NCBI GenBank assembly: GCA_951406725.2
Contig: OX597823.1
Coordinates: 85,312,001 to 85,376,000 of the forward strand
Direction: 5' to 3'
DNA: 64,000 bases
From: Octopus vulgaris
Taxonomy: Eukaryota
Below, one piece after another: positions 39,613 to 52,580 of the stretch. Within the stretch, counting starts at the first letter, position 1, and each line of letters begins with the position of its first letter. The notes under the pieces are model-generated. The model was not told the DNA's origin and did not search any database. It saw nothing but the letters and a program-made list of their open reading frames with translations. Both the position numbers and the translations under genes were made by a program.

Positions 39613-41204
39613 TAAACAAAAATAAGTGGCACTTGCTTCTCCTAGGCATTATTTGTATGACGAAACGGAAAGCATCATACGAAAGTTCATGATGATCCCT
39701 TCACTCCTTACAAAGATGTTTTCGTTAATAAAAATTGGTGTAATTAAACTATGAAGAAGATAAAAGCATTACAGGTAATGATTAATCTGGTAAGAAACAA
39801 AGGTAAGAACTCCAAAACTCAACTTAGAATTGTAGAATGCCTGAGGAACTAAGACTCCATCATGTGTCGGTGTTGTTAAGCCTTCTGAGTGAAACATACT
39901 TAGCTCATCACATTTTATTGAGTAATATAAAAATTTTGGCTCAATTCACACAGGTAAGTGTTACACCTTTAATCACCAAATACTCTCCATTTAGCTACCC
40001 AGGGGCAGGTGCTAAACATTAGTTAAGTGGAGAGAATAATTCAAGATGTATTGAGCCAAATGCATTAGGTAAAGTGAACCCTTGTGAAGACATCGAATCT
40101 ATATCGCAGATACTTCTTATCCATATTTGAAATATCAGATTTCGTTACTTTTCACCAAGGAGGTCTGTATCAGTTTCCCAGCATCTTTCCATAATTGACT
40201 GAAGAACACACAAATATTCCGAATTACTTGATACCATACTTGACTCTTCAGGAAACACAAACAAGATTTCGCTCAATGCAAGACTTCTTCACTTCTTTTG
40301 CTTAAGAAATGATCTTCTAATACATGTATGCAAAGTAAAATATCCTGTACAATAAATAACTATTGCAAAAATGGATTTTATCGCTTTGAGATTCTTAATT
40401 CATAAAGCCTCACCAACACAAGAATTATTTCTTTGATTGTCGTTACATATTGAGCTTCAGTTACAAACTCATGGTGCTTTGCTGACATTATATAACTTTC
40501 ATTGAAGTAATTTCTAAACGAAATTCCACAGATATCAATATTATCTGGAAAAAAAAAGAAAACTAAACCTATATCATATCTATTTCAAAAATGCCCATTG
40601 TTGCATTGAATGATTATTAAAAGTTTAGATGATAAGTGTAAACCTATGGACAAATGCAAACCATAAACTTTATTCGTTCTGTGTGAATCTGAGTACTTTT
40701 ATGCGTGTATGAAAAAAAATCTTGTAAAGCGATTTCATGAACATAAATATACTTGAACTGTATATAATAAATATTATACAATATAACTGTTATTACAGTG
40801 TGTGGAATACACATTTCATAAAGTATACAACGATATCGCAAAAACTTTTAGCAACTTTTTATATGTAAAAATTTATCAAGATATATGCTCATATTATGTA
40901 ACACGTTTTAGTAGAATCTATGATGATTTAATTGGTGTAATTAAATCATTAATATTCCAATGAAGATGGTGATGATATATATCGAAAAACCTGTAGTTTT
41001 TATAATAGAAGTTTTAAATTTATTATCGGTGTCGATGAAAAAAAAAAGATTTTGTTTCAAGAGAGGGCGTTTTCGTTAGGACAATTACAATTCATAAAAA
41101 GAAAAAATTAGAAGTCGTATAAGTAATGTGATTATGTATAACTTCTGTATTTGTATACACGAAAGAAATTATCATAATATTATCAATTAATACTTGTATA
41201 AAGT

Positions 41205-41690
41205 AAGATAGCGAGCAGGAAGAATCGTTAGCAGGCCGAGGAAAATGGCTAACGGCATTTCTTCCGTCTTTACGTTATGAGCTCAAATTCAGTCGGGACC
41301 TACTTTGACTTTCATCATTTCGTGGTCGACAAACCAAGTACCATTTGAGCAGTGTGGTCGATGTAACCATTCCTACGAAATTGATGGCCTTGTGCCAAAA
41401 TTAGAAAGTAATATTTATACAGATTTGTCTTCAACAAATTGCACGAAGTAGCAGTATTCTTTTCTACTCTAGGCACAATGTCCGAAAATTTGGAGAATAG
41501 GAACCATCGATTAGATCGACACCAGTACACAACTGGTACTTATTTTATAGACCCTGAGAGGATCAAGGGCAAAGTTGACCTCGACGGAATTTGACCTCGA
41601 CGGAATTTGACCTCTGAACGTAAAGGCAGGTGAATACCACTAAGCATTTCACCCGGCTTGCTAACGTTTCTGCCAGTTTGCTGCCTTACG
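41205..41690. mobile_element. Tail-to-tail S1 pair (plus 41205-41410, minus 41455-41690)
   Basis: S1 motifs in opposite orientation about 45 bp apart. Confidence 0.8.
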
Positions 41691-41992
41691 AAGTAGCAGC
41701 TTATAGTATTCATACAGAGAAAAGTATTCAAAATCATTGGGAATGCTACTTTTATTTTCATATTCCTATATTTTAAAAGTATTCGCAGCATAAGCGAATG
41801 ATTTATCCACTTCCTATGTTGAAGGCAAATAATTTACGTCCGTGAAAGTGGTTTCTTGCAACTACACGCCATTGAAAAGAACCAAAGCGGCCAAAATGCA
41901 TCTGACATTTTTCATGGTCGCTGCTTAAACGAGTTTTCTCCTCGCTTTGATATTTTATTTTAGCACAGCACATCCATCAGAAATGTTATTCA

Positions 41993-42333
41993 GCGATAAC
42001 TGGAACTTAATTTATCGACCCCGAAAGGATGAAAGGCAAAGTCGACCTCGGCGTAATTTTAACTCAGAACGTAGCGGCATACGAAATACCTATTTCTATT
42101 TCTTTACTACCCACATGGGGCTAAACACAGAGAGGACAAACAAGGACAGACAAACGGATTAAGTCGATTTTATCGACCACAGTGAGTAACTGGTACTTAA
42201 TTTATCGACCCCGAAAGGATGAAAGGCAAAGTCGACCTAGGCGGAATTTGAACTCAGAACGTAGCGGCAGACGAAATACCGCTAAGCATTTCGCCCGGTG
42301 TTCTAATGTTTCTGCCAGCTCGCCTCGCCGCCT
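41993..42333 (-). mobile_element. Tandem/dimeric S1 SINE
   Basis: A full tail-A copy runs directly into a second S1 core. Confidence 0.9.
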
Positions 42334-42611
42334 TTGTATATTACAATGACAGCTAGGTTTCTGAGTGAAAAAACAAATAGGAATTTTGAAAGAAGCATCT
42401 ATAAAACTAGTTTTTAAACATCGAAGCACTTTAGGGGCGAGAATAAAATAGTCAACAAAGAGGTCTGTAGATAAAAAAAACGAAATGGTTGAGAAACCCT
42501 GTTTTAGAAGATGGATCTTGTCTTAGTGAAGTGAAGATTATAAAATATATTGTTTCTATTCAGACAGTATCAGCATGTGATTAATATGAAAGACAAATCT
42601 TAACAGCATTC

Positions 42612-42834
42612 AAGGCGTCGAGCTGGCAGAAACGTTAGCACGCCGGGCGAAATGCTTTGCGGTATTTCGTCTGCCGCTACGTTCTGAGTTCAAATTCCGC
42701 CGAGGTCGACTTTGCATTTCATCCTTTCGGGGTCGATAAATTAAGTACCAGTTACGCACTGGGGTTGATGTAATCGACTTAATGTCCTTGTTTGTCCCCT
42801 CTATGTTTAGCCCCTAGTGGGCAATAAAGAAATA
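42612..42834 (+). mobile_element. S1 SINE, tail A, with TSD
   Basis: TSD agcattcaag at 42605-42614 and 42835-42844. Confidence 0.92.
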
Positions 42835-43445
42835 AGCATTCAAGTTGCCAAGAACGTTTGACTTCCGAGGGAACTGAATTTATATAGATCCATTTGATGT
42901 ATGATGGAGAAGATGCTGAGGAGGTTTATGTATTTGGATGAATGGAATCGGAGATTTTCTAGTAAGAGTAATGGGAATTCTTTCTTGAGGAATTCGAATG
43001 AGGGATTTGAGTAGCAGGGAACGTTGAAACTATGTGCGAGTGGGAATCAATTTTTACCGTAAAGTGTAAATAACATGTACGGAAACGAGACGATCGGGCG
43101 CAGCAGCTTGGACCCTGATTTGGCACGGTAGAATAGGCGTTCAGCTTGTTCTGGCAACAGTAGTATTTGGTGCAGAAGTCAAACATGGCCAGAAAGCTCG
43201 CGCGCAAAAAGGTACATATACAGATAGAGAGTGTGAGAAAGAGAAGAGAGAGAGAGACATTGCACATTTATGAATTGAAAACGATAGGCATAACAAATTT
43301 TCCTCTTCTCGTGGGCCACTCATATTAATGTCAAACGGAAACAGGTCTTCAAAACTTTTAGAATGCTCAAAAGTTTATATACATATGTGTGCGTATAGGT
43401 ATATACATAAACATACATACATACACACACACATACATACATACA

Positions 43446-44124
<679 letters not shown>

Positions 44125-44214
44125 GCACTATGCACCAATGATCCTTTTGCCGTGATTTCCAGCAGCTCTCACTTTTTTATGAATGATACCTCTTATAAAA
44201 CAACATTCCTACTC

Positions 44215-44311
<97 letters not shown>

Positions 44312-44728
44312 TATGTATATACATGTGTGAGTATATGTATATCTATACATCTATGCATTTATAATGCATACATGTATGCATATATATATATGTGTGCGTG
44401 GGAGTGTATGTCTGTGTGTGTGTGTGTGTGTGATCATAAATTAAGCTCCTACAGCGTTGACGTTGACATGTGACCGTTTTTCATGTATGTCACATTTGTT
44501 TTTGTTTCTTTTCTTTACACGTACATAACACCAGGTAAAAGAGAATTGTGACCACAGAACATCGTTTTTAAGCAAACTCATTTGCACTTTTTTGAAATTT
44601 CACGATCAATATTAATAAACACCATGATGCGTTAAAATGCTGCTTTGGAAAAGTCAGAGGAAATAACAGTTGATATTTTCAGGTGCGAATAATTATTTTA
44701 TCTGAAGTCAGGTAAAACAATTCAGCAT

Positions 44729-44901
44729 AGGCGTAGGAGTGGCTGTCTGATAAGTAGCTTGCTTACCAACCACATGGTTCCGGGTTTCAGTCCCACTGCT
44801 TGGCACCTTGGGCAAGTGTCTTCTACTATAGCCGCGGGCCAACTAAAGCCTTGTGAGTGGATTTAGTAGACGGAAACTGAAAGAAGCCCGTCGTATTTAT
44901 G

Positions 44902-44934
<33 letters not shown>

Positions 44935-45160
44935 GTGTTTGTGTATACGTTTGTGTGTCTGTATTTGTCCCCCAACATCACTTGACAACCGACGCTGGTG
45001 TGCTTACGTCCCCTTAACTTAGCGGTTCGGAAAAGAGACCGATAGAATAAATACTAGGCTTCCAAAGAATAAGTCCCGGGGTCGATTTGCTCGACTAAAG
45101 GAGGTGCTCCAGCATGGCCACAGTCACATGGCTGAAACAAGTAAAAGAGTCAAAGAGAGT
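44729..45160 (+). mobile_element. SINE family S3, full length
   Basis: tRNA-like head (gtggctgtctgataag, ggtttcagtccc), cttgggcaag block, internal (TA)/(TG) tract, LINE-like tail, and aagagt repeats. Confidence 0.9.
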
Positions 45161-45879
45161 ATACATGCTACATAAAAAAGCCTTTTTGCGTAATACTTAC
45201 TTGGGTAGTGAATCTTTATACATAAAAAGGTATAATTTAGATTTAAAGGTTCTTTACTTCATAATTTGTGTCTCTGACTATCTCGTATGACATGATGCGA
45301 GAATTTTCCTAATATTCACTAATAAAAGAAAGAGAGTAATTGGAGAGAACAAGAAAATATCTCTAAGGCTGGTATTAAATAAGTCAGCGTCAAATAAGTA
45401 GAACCCGAAAGGCTGCTCCAAAATGCCTCATACTTGTGTGACTTGGTGAAACAGAAGGTAATGATCTATAGATAAAAGATATGGGATTTGAGTACCAGAA
45501 AGGAACTGTATTTGAGGATTGAGCTCTATTAGGAAGATTGAGGTAGATTTGGGCTGCAATAGGAGCCTTAGATGTTAGATCTGAGGAGGGCAACTGTTCG
45601 GCCGATTTAGTTTTAATTTTTTGTTTTAATATAGAGAAACAAATAGGGTGTTGGTTCGTCATAAGGTCGCAGAAACTCTCTACTAGAAGTCTGGCCCAAA
45701 TGCTTACCTCTGTGTGTAATCTACGAAAGGTTCACATGGTTCTATTCCCAGGCTGGAATTTTACACGAAGCGGCGTCATAGGGTCAACATGTTTCCTTCC
45801 TAGAAATGAGAAATCCTTTTCAACACATACAAGAACTTCAGGTGCGTATGTTTCTATGTGTGTTTGCGTGTGTGTATGT

Positions 45880-45948
<69 letters not shown>

Positions 45949-46552
45949 CAAATGTTTCTGGCGGTATTATATGGAATTGTTGCTTTCAAGCTATATAAAC
46001 TAGGTACAGATACATACATAACCGGATGCGCACACTAAGCCTATATACACACGAAAGTGTAACGCCACAAATATTTGTAAACACACACACACACACACAC
46101 ACACACAACTCTCTCTCTCTCTCACACACATACACATATGCACACACATATAAAATCTTATGAAACTAGACTTTATTTAGCTACAATAAAGAACTTCACG
46201 TACTGGCGACAATAACAACAATAAGAAGAAGAATAGAGTATGACGTAAGGCTTCAAACTGGATAGAGAAGACAACAATAGTGGAAATGGATTAGGGAGAA
46301 CGTTCTGCTTCGTGATAAGATTGTTGTTGTTGCCGTTGTTCTACCTAAAATTCACAATGGCCTTTAGCTCTTTTCCTATGCACCTATTGTGTCATTATAT
46401 ATGTATGAATACGAGTTTGTGCGTATATAAAACTACATATACAAGCACAGATACATACATACGTATAAATATATATATATATGTATATGTATGTATATAC
46501 ATACCACACACATATATATACATATAATTATATATACATATATATAAATATA

Positions 46553-46606
<54 letters not shown>

Positions 46607-47584
46607 TAATTATATATATATATATATATACATACACTCATATATATATGCATCCATATGTATATATGATATGCCCAAAGTATATCCAAAAATGTATATA
46701 CATTTTGGTAATTGATGTCACGTGATATTCATTTCGTTTTTTAGATTTAGCCTATTATATATTATGAAGGAAGCCAGACCCAGTTTTAAACAAAACAATG
46801 TTACTTTAAAGTGCTACTTAAATTTTAAAATCGCGGTTGACCATGAATGTTTGTTTCACAATTTAGGTTACCTGTGTTTATTTAAGGGAAACCTCACCAG
46901 TCTCAGCCGATTCAGTTTGCAGTCTGTGATTTCGTAAGTATTACTGTCACAACTGGAAAAGATACCGCAATACATTTTTCCAACCATCTTTGGACTTCTT
47001 TCAAATCCGGTCCTCGTTTGATGCTTTTTATTGCCTCCGAAAATATGAAAAAGCAAAGTTTACCTCAGCGGGCTTCGAACTCAAATCATAGACAGCCGGA
47101 ACAAACGTTGGAAAATAAGCTACCCTACACTCTAAAGAATATGTCAATTCATCAGCTTCTAAACGATTATAAATTAATTAAGCAATACTGTACAGGCACA
47201 GACTTGGGTGTATATTAAGAAAACTATTTTGTCTTGGGCAAGTTACTTTCACTACAGTCCACAGACGGCCAAACCGTTGAGAATGGATTTGGTATACGGA
47301 AAGTGAAAGAATCCCGCCGTTTATTCTCATAAATCTTTGCCTCTTTACATTCAGTGAAGCTTTATAATAGCATCATACGGTTATCAACCGCTATTTCTAG
47401 CAAACATTAGTAACTAGTTGGGTCACTATTTACTATTAATAATTCCACATTTACGATGCTTATCGCCGGAAAATAATACTGTTGTATTGTAACAATACAT
47501 ATAAATTTATATATAACTAAATATAGGTATGGTATAATTAAAATAGCGTCACGAGTGGCAAGCGAATTATCAGCAGGGCAAGCA

Positions 47585-48244
47585 AATTAATAAAATGTAC
47601 ACATACAATATTAGATATCTCTATATATACACAAGGACACTCAATGGGCACCTACATCGTTAAAAAATATAAGTCAAAAATACTTCTGTACGACCGAAGA
47701 GTCACAAATCTACTACAGACATGATAGGAAAAAATATCAGCGAACAATAATAACGTCTTACCTCTACTGGGTCAAAACAAGTAAATGCTGGTCAGCTTTG
47801 TACCGGTTTCGAAATTTAGCGCCAAATGGGTCCCTGATATGTCATCAGCTAAAATCCGACAGCTAATTATTACTAAAATTCTGCCCCACCAAGCCTGCAC
47901 TATGGAAACAAACGAAATGTGCTTCGTCGTTTCAAACGAACTTTTGCAAGCTTGATGGGGGAGAGTTTTAGTAGTAATTAGCTGGTGGATTTTGGCTGAT
48001 GAGAAATCAGACACCTATTTGGCGCTAAATTTCGAAACCGGTACCAAGTTGACCAGCATTCACTTGTTCTGACCCAGTAGAGGTAAGTCTTTATTATTGT
48101 TCACAGATATTTTTTCTATCATATCTGCAGCAGATATATAACTATTCGGTTGTACAGGAGTATTCTCGACTTCTATTTTTAGCGATATAGGTGCTTGTGT
48201 ATATATGTACATATCTAATGTTGTAGGTATATATTTTATTAATT
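47585..48244. repeat. Large imperfect palindrome (fold-back/MITE-like)
   Basis: Example pairs: cttacctctactgggtca vs tgacccagtagaggtaag, and accggtttcgaaatttagcgccaaat vs atttggcgctaaatttcgaaaccggt. Centre ~47920. Confidence 0.9.
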
Positions 48245-48254
48245 CATATATATC

Positions 48255-48490
48255 TGTTTGTGTGTATTCGTGTGTGTGTATATGTTTGTGACAGTGTTTG
48301 ACTTCCAGCACCGCTCGACAACCATTTTTGTTGTGTTTACAGCCCCTTAATTTAGCAGTGCAACCAAAGAGACCGATAGTAAAGTACTAGAGTTTAATAA
48401 ATGTACTGGCGTCGATTCTTTTGACTACAATTTTTCAAGGCACTGCCCCATCATTGCCGTAGCCTAATGACTGAAACAAATAGACGATAA
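48255..48490 (+). mobile_element. S3 SINE 3' half
   Basis: gctcgacaacc, aaagagaccgatag, atgactgaaacaa. Confidence 0.75.
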
Positions 48491-48583
48491 AATATACATA
48501 ACTATATATATATATATTTATGGTATTTATAAACTTAACCGAAAGTTTTAAACCAGTCAACATATAACCTCCTTAATATCATT

Positions 48584-48670
48584 TTGCCCTGATGATGTTG
48601 CACTCAAACTTATTATATATTATATATGTTTTGTAACTTGTATTGCGTGTATTGAAACTATTGTAGGCAA
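48584..48670 (+). ncRNA. Type I hammerhead ribozyme motif with intact core
   Basis: ttgcc CTGATGA tgt tgcac ... gtgta tt GAAAC tatt GTA ggcaa. Perfect 5-bp stem I and a GUA cleavage triplet. Confidence 0.72.
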
Positions 48671-48849
48671 TGTTAATTAATTAATAAATTAATTCATATC
48701 CATCAAATATCTCTATTTTCTTACTTAGTATTTGATATTTATAACATATCTATTGAAGAAATATCTCTTCATAATAAAATATATTAAACCAGTGTAACTT
48801 GGGTGGAACCATCTCTATAAGAGATTTATATATCCGCATAGTGACTACA

Positions 48850-49085
48850 TATGTGTGTGTGTGTGTGTGTGTGTGCGTGTGTGTGCGTACATGTCAGTCT
48901 TTGTTTTTGCGTTTGTTCCCACATCCAATAATAATGACCGATATTGTTTGGTTTACATCCCCGTAAATTAGTAACATAAAACTTAAGAAAAAATAAATCC
49001 TGAGGCATATTTGTAAGATTAAACTCCTCAATTCTGTGCCCCAGCAGGGCCGCAGTTCAAAAGCTTGGACGAGTAAAATATAAAC
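48850..49085 (+). mobile_element. S3 SINE 3' half, degraded
   Basis: gtttacatccccgtaaattag and tgccccagcagggccgcag. Confidence 0.65.
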
Positions 49086-49170
49086 GATTAAAGATAAGTG
49101 TCTAAAGTATACTTCAGGTTCCCCAGCATGGCCACAGACTTAGACCTGAAACACATAAGAATAAGGATTC

Positions 49171-49480
49171 TATTTACATTGTTTCCATTTGCGCACAGGC
49201 ATATGACATAGTGGTTAAGAACGCAGGCTACTAATCCCAAGATTCCGAGTTCGATTCCAAGCAGTATCCTGAAAAATAATAATAATAATAATAATATCGA
49301 AAAACACCTTAGGAATGAGAAACCAGGTTCGAAATTTCCCCAAGAAACCTGAGGCAGGCTAGAGGGTATATCAGCCGAAACGTTGTTTTTAACAACATTC
49401 AAGATGAGGACAAATATCAGTCAAATGTAAATAATGTAAATATTGTACATAATTCCTCATCTCTTAAATATACAACTGTA
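49171..49480 (+). mobile_element. tRNA-headed SINE-like element with HHR-like tail and terminal inverted copy
   Basis: A box tgacatagtgg (49204), B box gttcgattcc (49249), (AAT)n linker, HHR-like motif 49345-49388, and inverted repeat 49171-49191 / 49422-49442 (19/21). Confidence 0.75.
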
Positions 49481-49879
49481 GAATAAAGAATTCGTTTATA
49501 TAGCAATGAATTTTAAGATGGATTCAAAATTTCTCTCTTTCACATTTCCTTAAAATTTAGGACACACGTGGCCAGGGGATCCTTTTTATAATAAAAAACC
49601 GAAGCAGTAACATATAAAAGCTATATTAACTATATGTTTCTACGCTAAATTTAATTCTTTAATCTGATTTGCTTTGTAAGTTATTGGTTTAAACAAAAAT
49701 ATCCCTGCTTACTAACTACGTGTGGCACGGTATTGGTCACGACCCCTGCTGGGAACAAGCACCACTAAACACCTGGTATATGAATAAGGTAATTGTCAGG
49801 AAATTTAGAACGGCAGCAATAGTTAGTGATTGACAACATCGAGTGTGGTATAAACACGGAGATCCGTTTAGATGGGAAC

Positions 49880-50030
49880 ATGTATGTATGTATGTATGTA
49901 TGTATGTATGTATGTATGTATGTATGTATGTATGTATGTATGTATGTATGTATGTATGTATGTATGTATGTATGTATGTATGTATGTATGTACGTACGTA
50001 TGTACGTATGTATGTATGTATGTATGTATG

Positions 50031-50067
<37 letters not shown>

Positions 50068-50089
50068 GTTTATCTATCTCCGTATCTCA

Positions 50090-50130
<41 letters not shown>
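49880..50130. repeat. Compound (TATG)n(TATC)n(TA)n tract
   Basis: Direct reading. Confidence 0.95.
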
Positions 50131-50131
<1 letters not shown>

Positions 50132-50214
50132 AACGTAAACATACAAAATGCATAAATAGATCAAAAGTAAAGCTCCGGCACCTATGTTATCAATATTATC
50201 AATACTGTGTACAT

Positions 50215-50275
<61 letters not shown>

Positions 50276-50401
50276 TAAATTTAAGCACACATACACATAT
50301 ATATGCACAAATAAATATACATAAATATATATGTTTAAAAAGGTATATATGTATGTTCGTACGCATGTATGTATGTCTCTCTCTCTCTCTCTCTCTCTCT
50401 G

Positions 50402-50475
<74 letters not shown>

Positions 50476-51837
50476 GTATGTATGTATTTAACTTTGCATG
50501 GTACGTATTTATGTAGAACCCGCCTTAATTCAGAAAATATGAAAAATGTTGATGAATGTACAGTTATTCATTACAAAGCCTTAGCTCTGAAATTTGTAGA
50601 TAATGTGAAAATATCCTATTGTTCTTTTCAGTAAACAGAACACTATTGAGGAATTTTCTTTGAGATCTGTGAAGCTCATCTGCAACTAATTCATATGTGA
50701 CGTTATGAGCACGACTACTACGGGTACTACTTGGTAGTAATCCAGTGAAATATAGATTTGCTTCAGGGAAATCTACATATACCTCTAAATTTCTTATATA
50801 TTTTCGCTTTCTTATTTATGTGGCTGTTGGCTGGCTTATGATCAAAGAGACCAGAATAACCTGAGATTCCTCGTTTTGGACATTGATATCAATGCACTTT
50901 GTTGGCTCGTTGATATGTTCGTTTGGACTCTCATTGCCGAAATGTATAAAAATATGTGCAAGGTAGGTCAGTGGGTGTAATATCATCTGACTCGTTCTCA
51001 TCTTAAACAAATACTTGTCCTCTATTCCTGATTAAGGAACCGATTTGCTGCTGAACCTGTTCTAGGTAGACTCAGTACAAGTGATGGAAATGGGATCTCT
51101 AGAATCATCATATATAACGAAAACGAAACTGGTTATACTCGATGAAAAAGAGATCATATTGATATCTCTTCAAACTTGTTAAGTCTGACTGAGTCTTCAT
51201 CCTTGGGGACAAAACAGCTCCTAGGAACTATCCTGAGCTAGATTTCCTGATCCGTCTTCCATCGGTCTCTTAGCTAAAATGTTTTTCTAGCCGCCTCAGT
51301 TGCCGTGGATAAGTTTTGTGAATATATTACCAGATGGTCCTGGAACAGATACTGCCCGAACTTTTTCGTCTAGAGATCTCACTTTGTCGAAAGTGAGGTC
51401 TGCCATACTGAAAGACTAAAATTTGACCGATTGCAGTGAGATGAAACTATCTCACAAGGGAATATTTCTCTTGGTGCCACCTTGCACTGCAGACGCTCAA
51501 CTCTCCGCCTCTTCCATGGAATATATGAAGCTTAAGATTTTTCGAAGAGGTCAGCCCTCCTCTTTCTTCATCCCCTCTCACTCCCTCTCCCTATGCTAGT
51601 TTTTCCGTAATTCAGAGCCTACCTGGTTTCAGGCTAATTTTCCTTCCTCATCTACTACTTTCTATGTGGCATAGAAATAAATGAGATACTTACTCATACC
51701 CATGGAAGAAGCAAACACTAAATCATGAGCACAATTAAGTACCACAAATACATCCAAAATAGAAATTCAAGACACGTGCGATTTCAACTGAGGCTCTCAC
51801 AGAGTGGGAGAGTCCGGGAGTGAACACTATTAAATTT

Positions 51838-52014
51838 ATATTTAATTTAGGATAAAATTTTTTCGAAAAAAAATTTTATCAATGGCATATTTGGCATTAT
51901 AACTTTTTTCGTTTGCCCTTATTTATAAGTTGTTTATAAATTTAACCTTTAAAGGTATTTTTTAATATGCTGGCCATTGATAAATTTTTTTTTCGGAAAA
52001 GTTTTATCCTATAT

Positions 52015-52021
<7 letters not shown>
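51838..52021. repeat. Inverted repeat, MITE-like
   Basis: atatttaatttaggataaaa...tttatcaatggc pairs with gccattgataaa...ttttatcctatattaaatat. Confidence 0.75.
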
Positions 52022-52045
<24 letters not shown>

Positions 52046-52180
52046 TTCGTCTACGAAATCCACTCACAAGGCTTTGGTCAACCCGAGGCTATATTAGAAG
52101 ATACTTGCCCAAGGTGCCACGCAGTGGGACTGAACCCGGAACCATGTGGTTGGTAAACAAGCTACTTACCGCTCAGCCAC
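52046..52180 (-). mobile_element. S3 SINE head
   Basis: cttgcccaaggtgccacgcagtgggactgaacccggaaccatgtgg. Confidence 0.88.
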
Positions 52181-52274
52181 GACCCACTTTGATGATTTGT
52201 CTTCCAAGCATTTTTGTATACTAAGAAGAGATTTGAAATCACAACATACAGGACTTGAAAAAAATGCCCCAATC

Positions 52275-52580
52275 GGTTAGGACGCTGAGGGTTCCAGTTG
52301 ATCAGTTCACCGGAAGAGGCTGCTCGTCAAATTAACTTGCAAGTGTCTGAGAACTCCACAGACACCTGTAGATTTAACGTAGTTCTCAGGGAGACTCAGC
52401 ATAACACAGAATTTGACAAGACTGGCCCTTTGAAATATAGACGCTACTCGTTTTTGCCGACTGAATGAACTGGAGCAACAAGAAGTAAAGTTTCTTGCTC
52501 AAAAACAAAACACACCCCTGGGTATTGAACTCACCGGGTATTGTTAGTCGTATACCCAAACCACTGAGCCACGCACCTTC
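52275..52580 (-). mobile_element. S2-related SINE, tail ii
   Basis: ttaacgtagttctc, aattaacttgcaagtg and aaccactgagccacgc. Confidence 0.75.

Noticed and set aside
39650-40520. Complex sequence with donor-like sites (caggtaagt ~39951)
   Set aside because: No consistent exon frame or protein similarity visible.
42870-43330. GC-richer block with 102 aa and 60 aa minus-strand ORFs
   Set aside because: No recognisable domain. It could be an old retroelement 5' region, but I cannot support that.
45370-45800. 90 aa minus-strand ORF
   Set aside because: No motif recognised. Probably decayed repeat.
47990-48020. CTGATGA followed by GAAA
   Set aside because: No room for stem II. It is part of the palindrome arm.
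50650-51830. Possible decayed retroelement 5' region on the minus strand
   Set aside because: Frames have many stops and no diagnostic motif.
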